Of a DNA stretch of 64,000 nucleotides, positions 19,673 through 39,026 are shown one piece after another. Numbering within the stretch: position 1 is the stretch's first letter; each line of letters starts with the position of its first letter. The notes beneath the pieces are model-generated. The model was not told where the DNA came from and did no database searches. It saw only the letters and a list, made by a program, of their open reading frames with translations. The stretch lies in the sequence record OP310984.1. The stretch is one strand, 5' to 3'. A program made the position numbers and the translations under genes.

Positions 19673-19919
19673 TTTTCATTTTTTCCAATTTTTCTATTTT
19701 CAAATTAAACGGTATTGGCTCTTTATAGCCAATCCCTTATTACTAAAAGTATTAGATTCTCGAACTAAGGATAGGTTATACCCCATCTCTAATAATAAGG
19801 AATATTATATGGGACCCCCCCAAAGGGTCCCCCCCACATAATATACTATTTATATAATTTTCTTTTTAGAAGAAAAGAGATAAATAAGAGAAATACAGTC
19901 TATTAAAGTAATGAATTTC

Positions 19920-20741
19920 TCAAAAATTAAATAGTACACCGCCCACAAATTTCGCCGGAAGGTCCTGCCGGACAACTGTCCGGATGTGCGGGAGTAGTGG
20001 GTTTTTCAAAAATACCTGCATTGCAGTTGAATTGAGTGGTTGATTGTAACGTACGATCTTAATGGTAAATAGAACTTCCTCAACATCTGGATGACATCCT
20101 TCAAAACTAAAATATACTTCGGTTCGATCAATAAACTGATACATTTCTACAGCTGGTTCAGCTGGTTCTTTGAAGGCCAGCTTATTAGTGAAATAATCAG
20201 TATATGTTAGGATTAGGTTTTGTACATTTACTGCATTCTTTTTATCAACAAGAAATTCAAATTCTTCAAGATTATCCGTTTTGAAAATACCTTGATAAGA
20301 TGATGACTTAATTAACTCATCGCTAATATCATCAATGTGTACGCCTGGCATAAATTCAATTACTGGTAGAATAAGTTTATCATATCCCACACAGTCAGCA
20401 ATATGAATTCCAATTACATTGCCATCTCTAATGTATTCGTCGTCACCGAAAATAACGACACCAGCCGCTAGATATAAATTATCAACATATTTCAGATTCT
20501 CTGCAATAATACGAGATAGCACATATTCACGCACCATGGCATTATCTGGACTTGATTGAGGTTTAAAAGTATGATAGGTGTCATAGTTACCCATTGTGGC
20601 ACACCTAACAAAAACTGAATTATCCACTGGATCATAAACCCATTGAATAGTGATATCCTCTAATTTATGTGGATGAAATGAACCATCCAGCTTAGATAGT
20701 GATTGGCGTTGTTCTTCCCAGGTGATGTTAAATTGAGTCAT
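19920..20741 (-). CDS. dip: degradosome-interacting protein Dip (gp37-like, RNase E inhibitor)
   Basis: 273 aa starting MTQFNITWEEQ, two genes from phuZ; length, position and sequence match my recollection of phiKZ Dip. Confidence 0.75.
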   Translation of the reverse strand: MTQFNITWEEQRQSLSKLDGSFHPHKLEDITIQWVYDPVDNSVFVRCATMGNYDTYHTFKPQSSPDNAMVREYVLSRIIAENLKYVDNLYLAAGVVIFGDDEYIRDGNVIGIHIADCVGYDKLILPVIEFMPGVHIDDISDELIKSSSYQGIFKTDNLEEFEFLVDKKNAVNVQNLILTYTDYFTNKLAFKEPAEPAVEMYQFIDRTEVYFSFEGCHPDVEEVLFTIKIVRYNQPLNSTAMQVFLKNPLLPHIRTVVRQDLPAKFVGGVLFNF

Positions 20742-20776
20742 TTTTCTAACCTCTTCATTTATTAAAAGTAATACGC

Positions 20777-21589
20777 TTATTTTACTTTAGCAGTTGATAC
20801 TTCACATACACTAACTAATTGCTCAAATAACGGTTCGTTATCTGGATCATTAGCTAATTTTGATGTATTAATAATAATACCAGAATACAGCATATCAGCT
20901 GCATCTCGATCACTTGTTTTGCTGGTTACACCTTCCCACTTCCATCCATAGTAAATTAAATCAAATGATGAACCAATGTTAAAGGTTGATTGAATAAATT
21001 TGCATGTACCATTTTCTTTTAACCAATCAGGCCTATATGGTTCATTTTTATAAAATTCATGCATGAGTACTTTAAAATCAGTTTTAATGTTTTCATGAAT
21101 AATGCAATCAATAGAATTAAGAGCTTCATCAAGAGCTGATTTAGACTCAATAATGATTTCTGATACATTGGCAGATTTTAGTGTAATCATGCCTAGTTCA
21201 TCTGAGTGTGCTCTTCCGATTTGAAATACATTGAGCTTACCAATTGGTAAGGTGGCTTTTAATGGCAGATTAGTATAGTGAGATACATCGCTTTTATAAC
21301 TGTCTTCATATGACTCAATTAAATTAAGCCATGCTCTTTCAATACGTGTATTCTCAAAATGCTGTTCTTCTTCTAGTAGTCTAGAAATTAGATGATTAAT
21401 GTATTGAACATTATGGCCAGTACCGGTAATTGAATTATATTTCGTATTACCGGTAATTCCCCATTTATTATTTTCTTTATTTATCCAACCGTAGATTACA
21501 CTGTTTTTAGGATATTTATTTTTAAAATTATCGTATATTTCTTTTAGATGTGGATTAGGGGTAAAACTAAAAGTAGTTGATTCAGTCAT
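20777..21589 (-). CDS. hypothetical protein
   Basis: 270-aa ORF behind an early promoter at 21630-21654. Confidence 0.75.
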   Translation of the reverse strand: MTESTTFSFTPNPHLKEIYDNFKNKYPKNSVIYGWINKENNKWGITGNTKYNSITGTGHNVQYINHLISRLLEEEQHFENTRIERAWLNLIESYEDSYKSDVSHYTNLPLKATLPIGKLNVFQIGRAHSDELGMITLKSANVSEIIIESKSALDEALNSIDCIIHENIKTDFKVLMHEFYKNEPYRPDWLKENGTCKFIQSTFNIGSSFDLIYYGWKWEGVTSKTSDRDAADMLYSGIIINTSKLANDPDNEPLFEQLVSVCEVSTAKVK

Positions 21590-21629
21590 TATAGATACCT
21601 ATTTGAATATTGTTTATTATTGCAAATTA

Positions 21630-21654
21630 GTAATATAGATCTTAAACTTTTTTT
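21630..21654 (-). promoter_or_regulatory. early promoter
   Basis: Minus strand AAAAAAAGTTTAAGATCTATATTAC. Confidence 0.7.
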
Positions 21655-21692
21655 AACTCAGCATAAAGCCTCCCCTAGGGGAGGCGATATGT

Positions 21693-22508
21693 TCATTTAT
21701 CTATTTCAGCGTTTGGATCATACCAAGGTAATAAACTTAGTAGTGCCGGTTGTTGTTTCTTCATATCCTCTAAGATTGTTGCTTCACTTGCACCTTCTAA
21801 CATAGTGGTGAAAGTAATCATGTTCTTAGAGTTATATATCGGACGTAGACCATTACCAAAGAATTTCACTTGTTGAACCATTATTTTGAAATCAGGGTTA
21901 TCGACTACATCTGGGATATAGATACCAGGTGGCGCACTGAAATAACGTTTAATTAACTCAATAGCCCAATACGTTGGTAAATCACCAAACTGTGATTTCA
22001 CTGTAGCTAGGTTTAATTGGAATGCTTTAGGTTCTTCAGGCGGTGGTTCCACCGGATCAACTGGATCAGTGGGTTCTTCAGGGTCAGTAGGTTCAGTTGG
22101 CTCTTCAGGATCCTCTGGATCGCCTTCTGTTGGCTTTTCTTCAGATGTGCCACCATCAGGGTCACCTGAACCATCATCATCTTCAACGGGCTCCTCAGGC
22201 GTTTCTATAGGCTCCTTCGGATCTTCCTGATTCTCCGATAGATCGGGCTCTTCTGATTCCCCATCTCCATTTGCTTCAGTAGAAGACGTGTCTTCTGATT
22301 CTTCATCTGTTGTCGAGTCAGTTGCGGCTGTGTTTTCTGAATCGGCAGTGGTATTTTCATTTTCACTTGATTCAGTAGAAACAATTTCAGTAGGAGTGGT
22401 TTCAAGTTCATTGACACTATCCTCTGCATTAGTTACTTCATTAGGGATTTCACTAATTTCTGATAATGTTACTGGTGCACTTACTGCGCGAGTTTTTCGT
22501 TTAGCCAT
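21693..22508 (-). CDS. virion protein with an acidic Pro/Glu-rich linker (gp35-like capsid decoration)
   Basis: 271 aa; long E/D/T/P low-complexity region (EPTEPTDPEEPTDPVDPVEPPP) followed by a folded C-terminal domain. Assignment is positional. Confidence 0.6.
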   Translation of the reverse strand: MAKRKTRAVSAPVTLSEISEIPNEVTNAEDSVNELETTPTEIVSTESSENENTTADSENTAATDSTTDEESEDTSSTEANGDGESEEPDLSENQEDPKEPIETPEEPVEDDDGSGDPDGGTSEEKPTEGDPEDPEEPTEPTDPEEPTDPVDPVEPPPEEPKAFQLNLATVKSQFGDLPTYWAIELIKRYFSAPPGIYIPDVVDNPDFKIMVQQVKFFGNGLRPIYNSKNMITFTTMLEGASEATILEDMKKQQPALLSLLPWYDPNAEIDK

Positions 22509-22517
22509 GGTTGTACC

Positions 22518-23297
<780 letters not shown>

Positions 23298-23383
23298 CTA
23301 CAATTATATTTGAGTTATTGTACTACAGATGATAAAAGAGAAAATACATCATAAGCCCTCTCCTTATGGAGAGGGCATTATAT

Positions 23384-23587
23384 TTACATAGTGTTAAAAC
23401 ACGCATTAAATTTAGATAAAGAGCAACCAGTATAAATTAATGATTGCTCTAGTTGTATGATGACATCACCATTACTATCAAAATCAGCAGCAACAAAAGT
23501 AGATTCAGTTATCTTAAAAGTAGATGGTAGCATTTCTAAATAATTAAATATTGCTTGATTATCGATGTCATGAGGATTTAAATCCAT
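23384..23587 (-). CDS. small hypothetical protein
   Basis: 67-aa ORF with SD AGGT. Confidence 0.55.
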   Translation of the reverse strand: MDLNPHDIDNQAIFNYLEMLPSTFKITESTFVAADFDSNGDVIIQLEQSLIYTGCSLSKFNACFNTM

Positions 23588-23594
23588 ATGTTAC

Positions 23595-24464
23595 CTATAC
23601 ATAGATAGTTATGGACCAAATATTAACAGGGCTGCATAAGACAATTGTGATTAAATCTCCATGAGTTCTCTGATAATGGTTGGAACACATAACTTTGATT
23701 AACTTTAATTTTTTAGTTTCTTTATTTTGAATTTCTTCGATAAGTGATTCAATAAGATCAGTAGTAATAAGTGAATGACCATCAATAAATGGTTTTATAC
23801 TTACTAGCGAATCTTTGTTAAATAGAATTGCATCATCATATTCACATGTAGATGCGGTCTTGTATATGGATGCAACTTTATTAACTTTGTCATCAGTGAC
23901 TATAGAAAAATTAAATTCATTCTTAGTTTTACTTAACGATGTTTCAAATAATTTATATTTATCAATAATAGTTTTATTATCAATAAATGATTTCATTCCA
24001 ATATTTAAATCTATGTCCAGGGTATAAGAATTATGTATTAATCCAACTGATAGTTGAGTTTCATTACCACTATTGTTAAACTTAATATTATTAACTGAAC
24101 ATATCTGATTATTAATAAATGATAATAATAATTTAGAAATAGTTTTAATAACATTAACTTCATAATCATTATTAGTACAAGCAAGTGCAGTTGTCATGTA
24201 TCGACTAACTTGACCAACATCTAGTTTCTGATAGGGACTATCACTATCTATCCATGGGTCAATAGTTAAATTAATCCTTAGACTAGCTAGAATATCGGAA
24301 GATGTTTCAGAATAAATGAAAAACACATTATTGTTAAGATCATCTTTTAGCCAACCACTAGTTCTAAGATTTTCTAGATCTTTTTCATTAGATACCGATT
24401 GACTTAATTGCTGAATTAAACTAGGGTTAGCTAGGTTTAATAAACTAATCATTTTATAAACCAT
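23595..24464 (-). CDS. hypothetical protein
   Basis: 289-aa ORF, very AT-rich. Confidence 0.7.
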   Translation of the reverse strand: MVYKMISLLNLANPSLIQQLSQSVSNEKDLENLRTSGWLKDDLNNNVFFIYSETSSDILASLRINLTIDPWIDSDSPYQKLDVGQVSRYMTTALACTNNDYEVNVIKTISKLLLSFINNQICSVNNIKFNNSGNETQLSVGLIHNSYTLDIDLNIGMKSFIDNKTIIDKYKLFETSLSKTKNEFNFSIVTDDKVNKVASIYKTASTCEYDDAILFNKDSLVSIKPFIDGHSLITTDLIESLIEEIQNKETKKLKLIKVMCSNHYQRTHGDLITIVLCSPVNIWSITIYV

Positions 24465-24554
24465 TTTATTATCCTCTAATTTATGTAATTACATGGAATA
24501 AATAACATAAGTACTTTTATGACTTATGATTTGATTCTCCAGGAGGTTTTCCCA

Positions 24555-25793
24555 ATGGCAACTATTAAAGAAGTCCTTGATAGAAATTTTAAGGATGTTC
24601 AATTTGATCGCGATTTATGTAAAAGAATTATTGACTTTACTATCAGTTTTATGAATAGGAATGCTGATCACTCTGCTTTCTTTGGTGGTGTATTATTAGG
24701 TGTACAACAAGTTAAATTCTTCGATACGGATCGTGAGATTTGGTATGATGATGTTTTACGAATTGATGAAGCGCTGTTAGTCCAAGATTTTAAGTCAGTT
24801 GAATTCATTGACCCTAACCATCGTGTAATGTCAGATGTATTCAATCATCTTCCTGCCTATATTTGTTCTAGGCTTTTAAAAACAACTAATGTTCCTTTGA
24901 ATATTAGACATGAAGCAATGGTTAGTTGTTTCATGGTGTTGCATTTTAAATATCTAACATCTTTACTTGTACCACGCTTTAAATATCCTGCACGTAAAGA
25001 AGTAGCCGAAGCTGCATTCGCCGCACTCAATTATCGATTTGACATTAAGACAATTGGGTCATGGGAGAAACTATTTAGGCAACGGGCTGAAGGTATCATT
25101 GCACCTGATTCTATTTATGCACCTTTCTTAACTGGTAAAACACAAGAACTGGATTATTGGTCTGGTCGTGTGGTATCTGATACTCAAACACGTCTACGTG
25201 AATTAATCAACAAGTACTATGATGTTTATATCAGAACACTGCAATCAGGTGGTAAATTAGTTATTTCATCGGATATGGCTGTTAATTCTGATGGTGAGCA
25301 GATTCTACGCGATAAGTCTACTGGGTATCGCTCATATCTTACTTATATCCATCAAGTTGCGCAACAAGAACAAAATTTCATTAGACCTGAGCTAGTCGGT
25401 ATTATTGAAAAGATAATGCCCACAATGCCTCCAGAAATGTTCATGGCAACGCTTAGACACCTTTCCCGTAACATCGGTCAACCTAGAGCACAAAAGCTTG
25501 AGAAACTCGTAGATGAGTGCTTATTGTATGCTTTCGATTATATGCAATCACTCCGTACAATGGTTGCTAGAAATAATGATCTACAAACATTGCTTGTAAA
25601 AATACGAGCAAAGATAATGGCATCTAAAACAGAAAATGCTCAAGTTATTTTCATGCGTGAAGAAGGTGAGAAGTTAGTTAGGGATGCGACTAATTCTAGG
25701 GTACCTGCATATATCGCAGCAACTAGGACTGGGTTGATGTTGTATTTAATTCTACGTGCTATGACTAAGAATTACTATACAAAAACAAAATAA
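24555..25793 (+). CDS. conserved phiKZ-like protein (gp32-like position)
   Basis: Start ATG 24555 after SD AGGAGG (MATIKEVL...); mostly helical, 412 aa. Confidence 0.75.
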   Translation: MATIKEVLDRNFKDVQFDRDLCKRIIDFTISFMNRNADHSAFFGGVLLGVQQVKFFDTDREIWYDDVLRIDEALLVQDFKSVEFIDPNHRVMSDVFNHLPAYICSRLLKTTNVPLNIRHEAMVSCFMVLHFKYLTSLLVPRFKYPARKEVAEAAFAALNYRFDIKTIGSWEKLFRQRAEGIIAPDSIYAPFLTGKTQELDYWSGRVVSDTQTRLRELINKYYDVYIRTLQSGGKLVISSDMAVNSDGEQILRDKSTGYRSYLTYIHQVAQQEQNFIRPELVGIIEKIMPTMPPEMFMATLRHLSRNIGQPRAQKLEKLVDECLLYAFDYMQSLRTMVARNNDLQTLLVKIRAKIMASKTENAQVIFMREEGEKLVRDATNSRVPAYIAATRTGLMLYLILRAMTKNYYTKTK

Positions 25794-25839
25794 ACATAAT
25801 GCCCTCCCGCAATGGGAGGGCTTATGCTGTTAAGTAACA

Positions 25840-26202
25840 TTAGCTAGATTGATCATTACATAAATTTTTCAGAGCATCGTAAATAGCCACATAAGTAAAA
25901 ATAGTTAAACTATCTTTAATTTCCTTACGTGGGGTGCCACTGAATCCACCCCATGATACATTTGTATTACTAACACATACAGTGCTAATAGCTGGCTCAT
26001 GATAGCCACCATCTACTTTACGCTTTGCATAAACCTTAGCCGTAATTTCTCCACGTAACTTTTTGAAGAAAACTAGAGCACCCGGAACGACTATACGTTT
26101 ATTACCAATCTTCGTAATAAATTCTTTACGATTAGTAAAGTGCTCTTTTAATAAATCATTAATAATTTTAGTTAAACTATCAATTTCATTCTTCATCGAC
26201 AC
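25840..26202 (-). CDS. hypothetical protein
   Basis: 120-aa ORF. Confidence 0.65.
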   Translation of the reverse strand: MSMKNEIDSLTKIINDLLKEHFTNRKEFITKIGNKRIVVPGALVFFKKLRGEITAKVYAKRKVDGGYHEPAISTVCVSNTNVSWGGFSGTPRKEIKDSLTIFTYVAIYDALKNLCNDQSS

Positions 26203-27389
26203 GTTGTTAGTTCCTTACAAATAAACTTGATAACGTGATCACTTACAAATTTCAATGGACCAGAACAATTAGATTTCTCAATAGCGGTTTCAGTGTATGA
26301 AATTATTTGATTTCCACTTAAGGATAATGAATCAAATAATTCATAAGAGTTATTATTTTTATTCTTAAAGGATACTGCATATTGACTATTTTCACTATTG
26401 ATGCAAAATAGGTTAATAGCTGGGATAGATACAGAGTTATCTGAAGTATGGCTATTTTCCGTAATATTCCAATTACTGTATACAGTGAAAATATTTGCAG
26501 CTAGTAAAAGGTTGGCATTAACCGTTTCTAAACTAACATACTCCACAGAAGTACCTTTATGCCAATATAGTTCAATTGGATTAACCCAAGTATACCCAAT
26601 GGTTTTATAGAAGGCATGCATTACATATTCTCGCCAACGTGTGGGTTTCTTATTATCAGTTAAAACACACGTAATATTGCCTGACGGATAAATGTGGTGG
26701 ATGCTACATGCATTAATTTCATCTCTAACATTAGTTGTTTCAGTAATATTAGAATGATCCTGTTTGAATAGCCATTTTAAATGACTATTAGTTGTGTCAT
26801 CACCTTCCCCATTTGCAATGTCATTTTCTAACCACTTTTCAAATGTAGCTTGTCTATCAGGTGTTGGCATTCCCCAATAGGTAGCTAAAATGAAACGATA
26901 ATAGTATCGAATAATATCATCATCGTTAAGAATATTTTTATCCAGTTTCCAGTGATGTTGATACTCGTATACTTCGCTTGGAATATTATTTACTTGATAC
27001 CATGTATTAATTAATACTTGAATTGTTAATTGCCGAATACTCTCACTTGTTAGAGTGTAATATTCCCTGCTATGCGGCTCCTCAATTGTCACTTCTTGAT
27101 CAGTATAACCAATGTATTTAGGTTTACCATCGATGAGTGCAAAATTAACATTCCATGATGTATCATTACTAAAAGTGATATTAATAAAACCTTGTTCAAA
27201 GCTAGGCTTCACTACGAAACTGACATCATCCTTCTGATATGTCATTTGCGTTAGAATACCAAAATTAATTTTAGATGTAAATTCTTTATCGAAGTTATGT
27301 TTATAAAGTAATCCTAGTAAACAATCAATTTTATTAATAGTGTGGTTTTCTAATAATAAATCAGTATTTGTAAGTTCATTAATTTTCAT
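26193..27389 (-). CDS. hypothetical protein
   Basis: 398-aa ORF behind an early motif at 27443-27467. Confidence 0.75.
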   Translation of the reverse strand: MKINELTNTDLLLENHTINKIDCLLGLLYKHNFDKEFTSKINFGILTQMTYQKDDVSFVVKPSFEQGFINITFSNDTSWNVNFALIDGKPKYIGYTDQEVTIEEPHSREYYTLTSESIRQLTIQVLINTWYQVNNIPSEVYEYQHHWKLDKNILNDDDIIRYYYRFILATYWGMPTPDRQATFEKWLENDIANGEGDDTTNSHLKWLFKQDHSNITETTNVRDEINACSIHHIYPSGNITCVLTDNKKPTRWREYVMHAFYKTIGYTWVNPIELYWHKGTSVEYVSLETVNANLLLAANIFTVYSNWNITENSHTSDNSVSIPAINLFCINSENSQYAVSFKNKNNNSYELFDSLSLSGNQIISYTETAIEKSNCSGPLKFVSDHVIKFICKELTTCR

Positions 27390-27516
27390 TTTAACCTCTC
27401 TAAAATTTACAATCTAGTTTTACTTATTGAATAAGCAAACATGTAATATATATCTTAATTATTTTTTAGCATAGTTTTTAACAACATAAAGCCTCCCCGA
27501 AGGGAGGCGATATGCT

Positions 27517-27698
27517 TTAGCTTTTTTGGTTAGTACCGACAGTCTGCTCATTCTTTTCAGTTTGAGCATTTCGCCGAAGTTGACTAACCAGACCATTGTC
27601 AGCCGCAACTACATCGGGAGAAAAGAATGCATTGATATCAAAGTTCTGATCTTGGTTGCGAGTCTTCCCAGGTGGGACCATCGGATATACTTTTGCCA

Positions 27699-27699
<1 letters not shown>
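27517..27699 (-). CDS. small protein translationally coupled to the tail tube gene
   Basis: ATG overlaps the tube stop (TAATG); 60 aa; hairpin at 27485-27514 follows. Confidence 0.5.
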
Positions 27700-28583
<884 letters not shown>

Positions 28584-28611
28584 ACTTTTCCTCATTCTGA
28601 AAGCCACCCAC

Positions 28612-30750
<2,139 letters not shown>

Positions 30751-30827
30751 CTAACAGTCAATCATAGATATTAATCATAGTTGACCATACTAGTTATTTT
30801 TTACTATCCATTTAAGGAGTAGCGGTA

Positions 30828-36158
<5,331 letters not shown>

Positions 36159-36159
36159 A

Positions 36160-36196
36160 TATAAAGCCCCCTAGGTGGTTCCTAGGGGGCTTTATA
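36160..36196. terminator. perfect hairpin terminator
   Basis: TATAAAGCCCCCTAGG-TGGTT-CCTAGGGGGCTTTATA. Confidence 0.75.
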
Positions 36197-36297
36197 ACGT
36201 CTTTTAACACATTATCTATATGAGACTATACTTTACAATTGCCGTTCAATACGGCTTTATTATGGCACATTAAAATAAGTACCTTAAAGGGCAGTGT

Positions 36298-38451
36298 ATG
36301 GACGTTATACTTTTCAATAGCGATTGGGATAAATACTACAGCGCTAGTGTTGATCTTACTACTAAAAATAAATCTTTTATAAAGTTAGCCTTGACTTATA
36401 AAAAGATGGGTATTAAAAATTACAAATTTATACTAGCTATATTGGACCAAGGTTTAATTGGGGTGGATCCATATGACCCTAATCTTAGCGAAGAAATGAA
36501 GTTTCGTATTAACATGGAATGCAAATATAATCCTTGGTATTTTTTTAGGGAAGTGGCAAGAATCCCCCCTAACTCGGGTAATAATCCAATTCCATTCCAA
36601 GCTAACCGTGGTAATATTGCTTTATTCTGGTGTTATTTCAATCACGTAGATTTTGGTTTATTACAGCCTCGTCAGACAGGTAAGTCCGTATCAACTGACG
36701 TGCTCAATACAGGCATGATGTATATCTGGGGTGAGAACACTAAGATTAACCTTATTACTAAAGATAACAAACTACGCAATGCTAACATCGAGCGTCTAAA
36801 AGTAATGCGTGATTTGTTACCAGAGTATATCCACTATACTGATCCATTAGATGCGGATAACTCCGAATTGATGACATGTATTAGATTAGGTAATAGGTAT
36901 CTAACAGCTGTTGGTCGAAATGATGTTAACGCAGCTGATAAATTAGGTCGTGGTCTTACAGTACCAAATATGCACTTTGACGAACTTGCATATATTAATT
37001 TAATTGGTGTTTCACTACCTGTTGCACTTGCGTCAGGTTCAGCAGCTCGTGATGAAGCTCGCCGTGAGAACCAGCCTTATGGTAACATCTATACAACTAC
37101 AGCTGGTAACATCACTACCCGTGATGGTGAATTTGCATATCACTTCTTAACAGGTGGCTGCCCATGGTCAGAGGAATTCTTTGATCTACCAGATCAGAAA
37201 ACTCTACATCGTGTTGTAGAAAAAGGCACTACTGGAAAGAAACCTCTAGTTTATGGTGCATTTAACCACCGTCAATTAGGACGTACCGATGAGTGGTTAT
37301 ATAACACACTTCGTGAATCAGGTTCATTCGGTGAAATTGCCGATAGGGACTTCTTCAATATTTGGACAGTTGGTGGTGAAGGTTCACCCTTATCATCAGA
37401 TGAGAAAGATAAACTTAAAAACAATATGCGTGAGCCAAGCTGGACAGAAATCACGGATGATGGTTATACACTTCGTTGGTATATACCAAAAGATGAAGTA
37501 GCCTCACGGATGATGAAGGGTAGGTTCGTTATGGGTACCGACCCATCTGAACTTCTTGGTGAAGATAATGACGCCACTGGCACAGTTGTAGTTGACGTAG
37601 AAACACATGAGGTTATGTGTGTTGGTAGATACAATGAATCATCAGTGCCATCAATGGGTAATTTCTTTGCAACAATGCTATTGAGATATCCTAATATTCT
37701 TTGGATACCAGAACGTAAATCAATAGGTATATCGTTAATTGACCATGTTATCTTGATTCTACATACTAAAGGAGTAGATCCATTCCGGCGTATCTTTAAC
37801 AGAATTGTCAATGAATCATCAGAAAGAGAAAATGATTTCAGAGACATTCAGACTCCGCTATCAGCAAGACAACCATCGTTCTATGATAGGTTTAAACGTT
37901 ATTTTGGTTATGCAACGTCAGGTACTGGTGAGTATTCTCGTGATAATCTATTTAAGGTGGCATTACCATCAGCAATGCATTATGGGGTAAGGACCATCTA
38001 TGATAAACCACTTAGCACGGAGTTATTAGCACTTACTATCCGTAATGGTAGAATTGACCATGCTAAGGGGAACCATGACGACTTAGTGGTATCATTATTA
38101 TTAGCCCACTGGTTATTAATACAAGGTAAGAATTTATCTTATTATGGTATCAATGTTCCCATCTTAGGTAAATCAAAATTACGTGATAAAGAACCAAGTC
38201 AACTTGAAAAATATCATGAAGAGAAAGAACAGCAAGGTCGCAAAGAATTTGAAGAGATAATTGAGCAGCTTCGCGGTGAAAAGAACCCGATGATTGCAGC
38301 TAAATTAGAAATGCGTTTGAAACAATTGTCTAAACGTGTTAATATTGATGATAGCAGTGGTGTAGGTATTGATGCCATGTTAAATCAAGCTCGTGCAGAG
38401 CGTACACGTAGAGTGCGTATTAACAGATATTCTAGAAATAGTTGGTATTAA
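36298..38451 (+). CDS. terL: terminase large subunit (gp25-like)
   Basis: 717 aa; Walker A PRQTGKS, Walker B MHFDE, RNase H-like nuclease (MGTDPS ... HDDLVVS). Confidence 0.92.
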   Translation: MDVILFNSDWDKYYSASVDLTTKNKSFIKLALTYKKMGIKNYKFILAILDQGLIGVDPYDPNLSEEMKFRINMECKYNPWYFFREVARIPPNSGNNPIPFQANRGNIALFWCYFNHVDFGLLQPRQTGKSVSTDVLNTGMMYIWGENTKINLITKDNKLRNANIERLKVMRDLLPEYIHYTDPLDADNSELMTCIRLGNRYLTAVGRNDVNAADKLGRGLTVPNMHFDELAYINLIGVSLPVALASGSAARDEARRENQPYGNIYTTTAGNITTRDGEFAYHFLTGGCPWSEEFFDLPDQKTLHRVVEKGTTGKKPLVYGAFNHRQLGRTDEWLYNTLRESGSFGEIADRDFFNIWTVGGEGSPLSSDEKDKLKNNMREPSWTEITDDGYTLRWYIPKDEVASRMMKGRFVMGTDPSELLGEDNDATGTVVVDVETHEVMCVGRYNESSVPSMGNFFATMLLRYPNILWIPERKSIGISLIDHVILILHTKGVDPFRRIFNRIVNESSERENDFRDIQTPLSARQPSFYDRFKRYFGYATSGTGEYSRDNLFKVALPSAMHYGVRTIYDKPLSTELLALTIRNGRIDHAKGNHDDLVVSLLLAHWLLIQGKNLSYYGINVPILGKSKLRDKEPSQLEKYHEEKEQQGRKEFEEIIEQLRGEKNPMIAAKLEMRLKQLSKRVNIDDSSGVGIDAMLNQARAERTRRVRINRYSRNSWY

Positions 38452-38506
38452 ACAAAAAAAAAATAATAATACGTTACCCTCTTCGCAATGAAGAGGGTAT
38501 TTGAAG

Positions 38507-38773
38507 TTAAGCAACTCTAGCGAACAAAAGATTACTGGAGTTAGAATTAATATGATAGTTAGACGATCCGTCAATCCATTTAGCATCGGAAAGCTTGTTT
38601 ACAAGCTGACCATTGCCAATGTAACCAAGGAACATCTTACCATCGTATACAGCAACTTTGATTTGCTCATTTCGCCCATAGACGATCGGCTTACCATTGA
38701 ATGCTGTTACCTCTAGACCAGTCAAGTACCCGTGGTGGGGATCTGGTCTGGAACTTGTTTCAAAGACTTTCAT
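38507..38773 (-). CDS. hypothetical protein
   Basis: Likely start ATG 38773 (MKVFETSSRP) after SD GAGGAG; the longer track start lies inside a hairpin. Confidence 0.6.
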   Translation of the reverse strand: MKVFETSSRPDPHHGYLTGLEVTAFNGKPIVYGRNEQIKVAVYDGKMFLGYIGNGQLVNKLSDAKWIDGSSNYHINSNSSNLLFARVA

Positions 38774-39026
38774 TAGGAGTCTCCTCTGCAAGTGGGCCCA
38801 TTTGGGCAAAAAGTCAAGCTTAAACTTGACGACATATAGCCCTCCTGGTTGCACAGGAGGGCTAATCTTTTCAGAACGTACGGTGTTGTTATAATACTGC
38901 TAGTGAAAATGCCCACGAGGGGTAAGTAGCTAATCCGCAGTTCTCTTGGACGACACCTGCTGACAGTGTAGTCGCGAATGCACTGTTTGGAACCCCATTG
39001 GTTTAGCGGCCAATGGGGATTTCCTT

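Noticed and set aside
21990-22400. Short repeats resembling a CRISPR array or satellite
   Set aside because: They encode Pro/Glu/Thr low-complexity protein sequence. No regularly spaced repeat-spacer array or cas gene is seen anywhere in the window.
27517-27530. A6G slippery site for a tail-chaperone frameshift
   Set aside because: The A run is not in the X XXY YYZ register of the ORF, and a terminator-like hairpin follows immediately.
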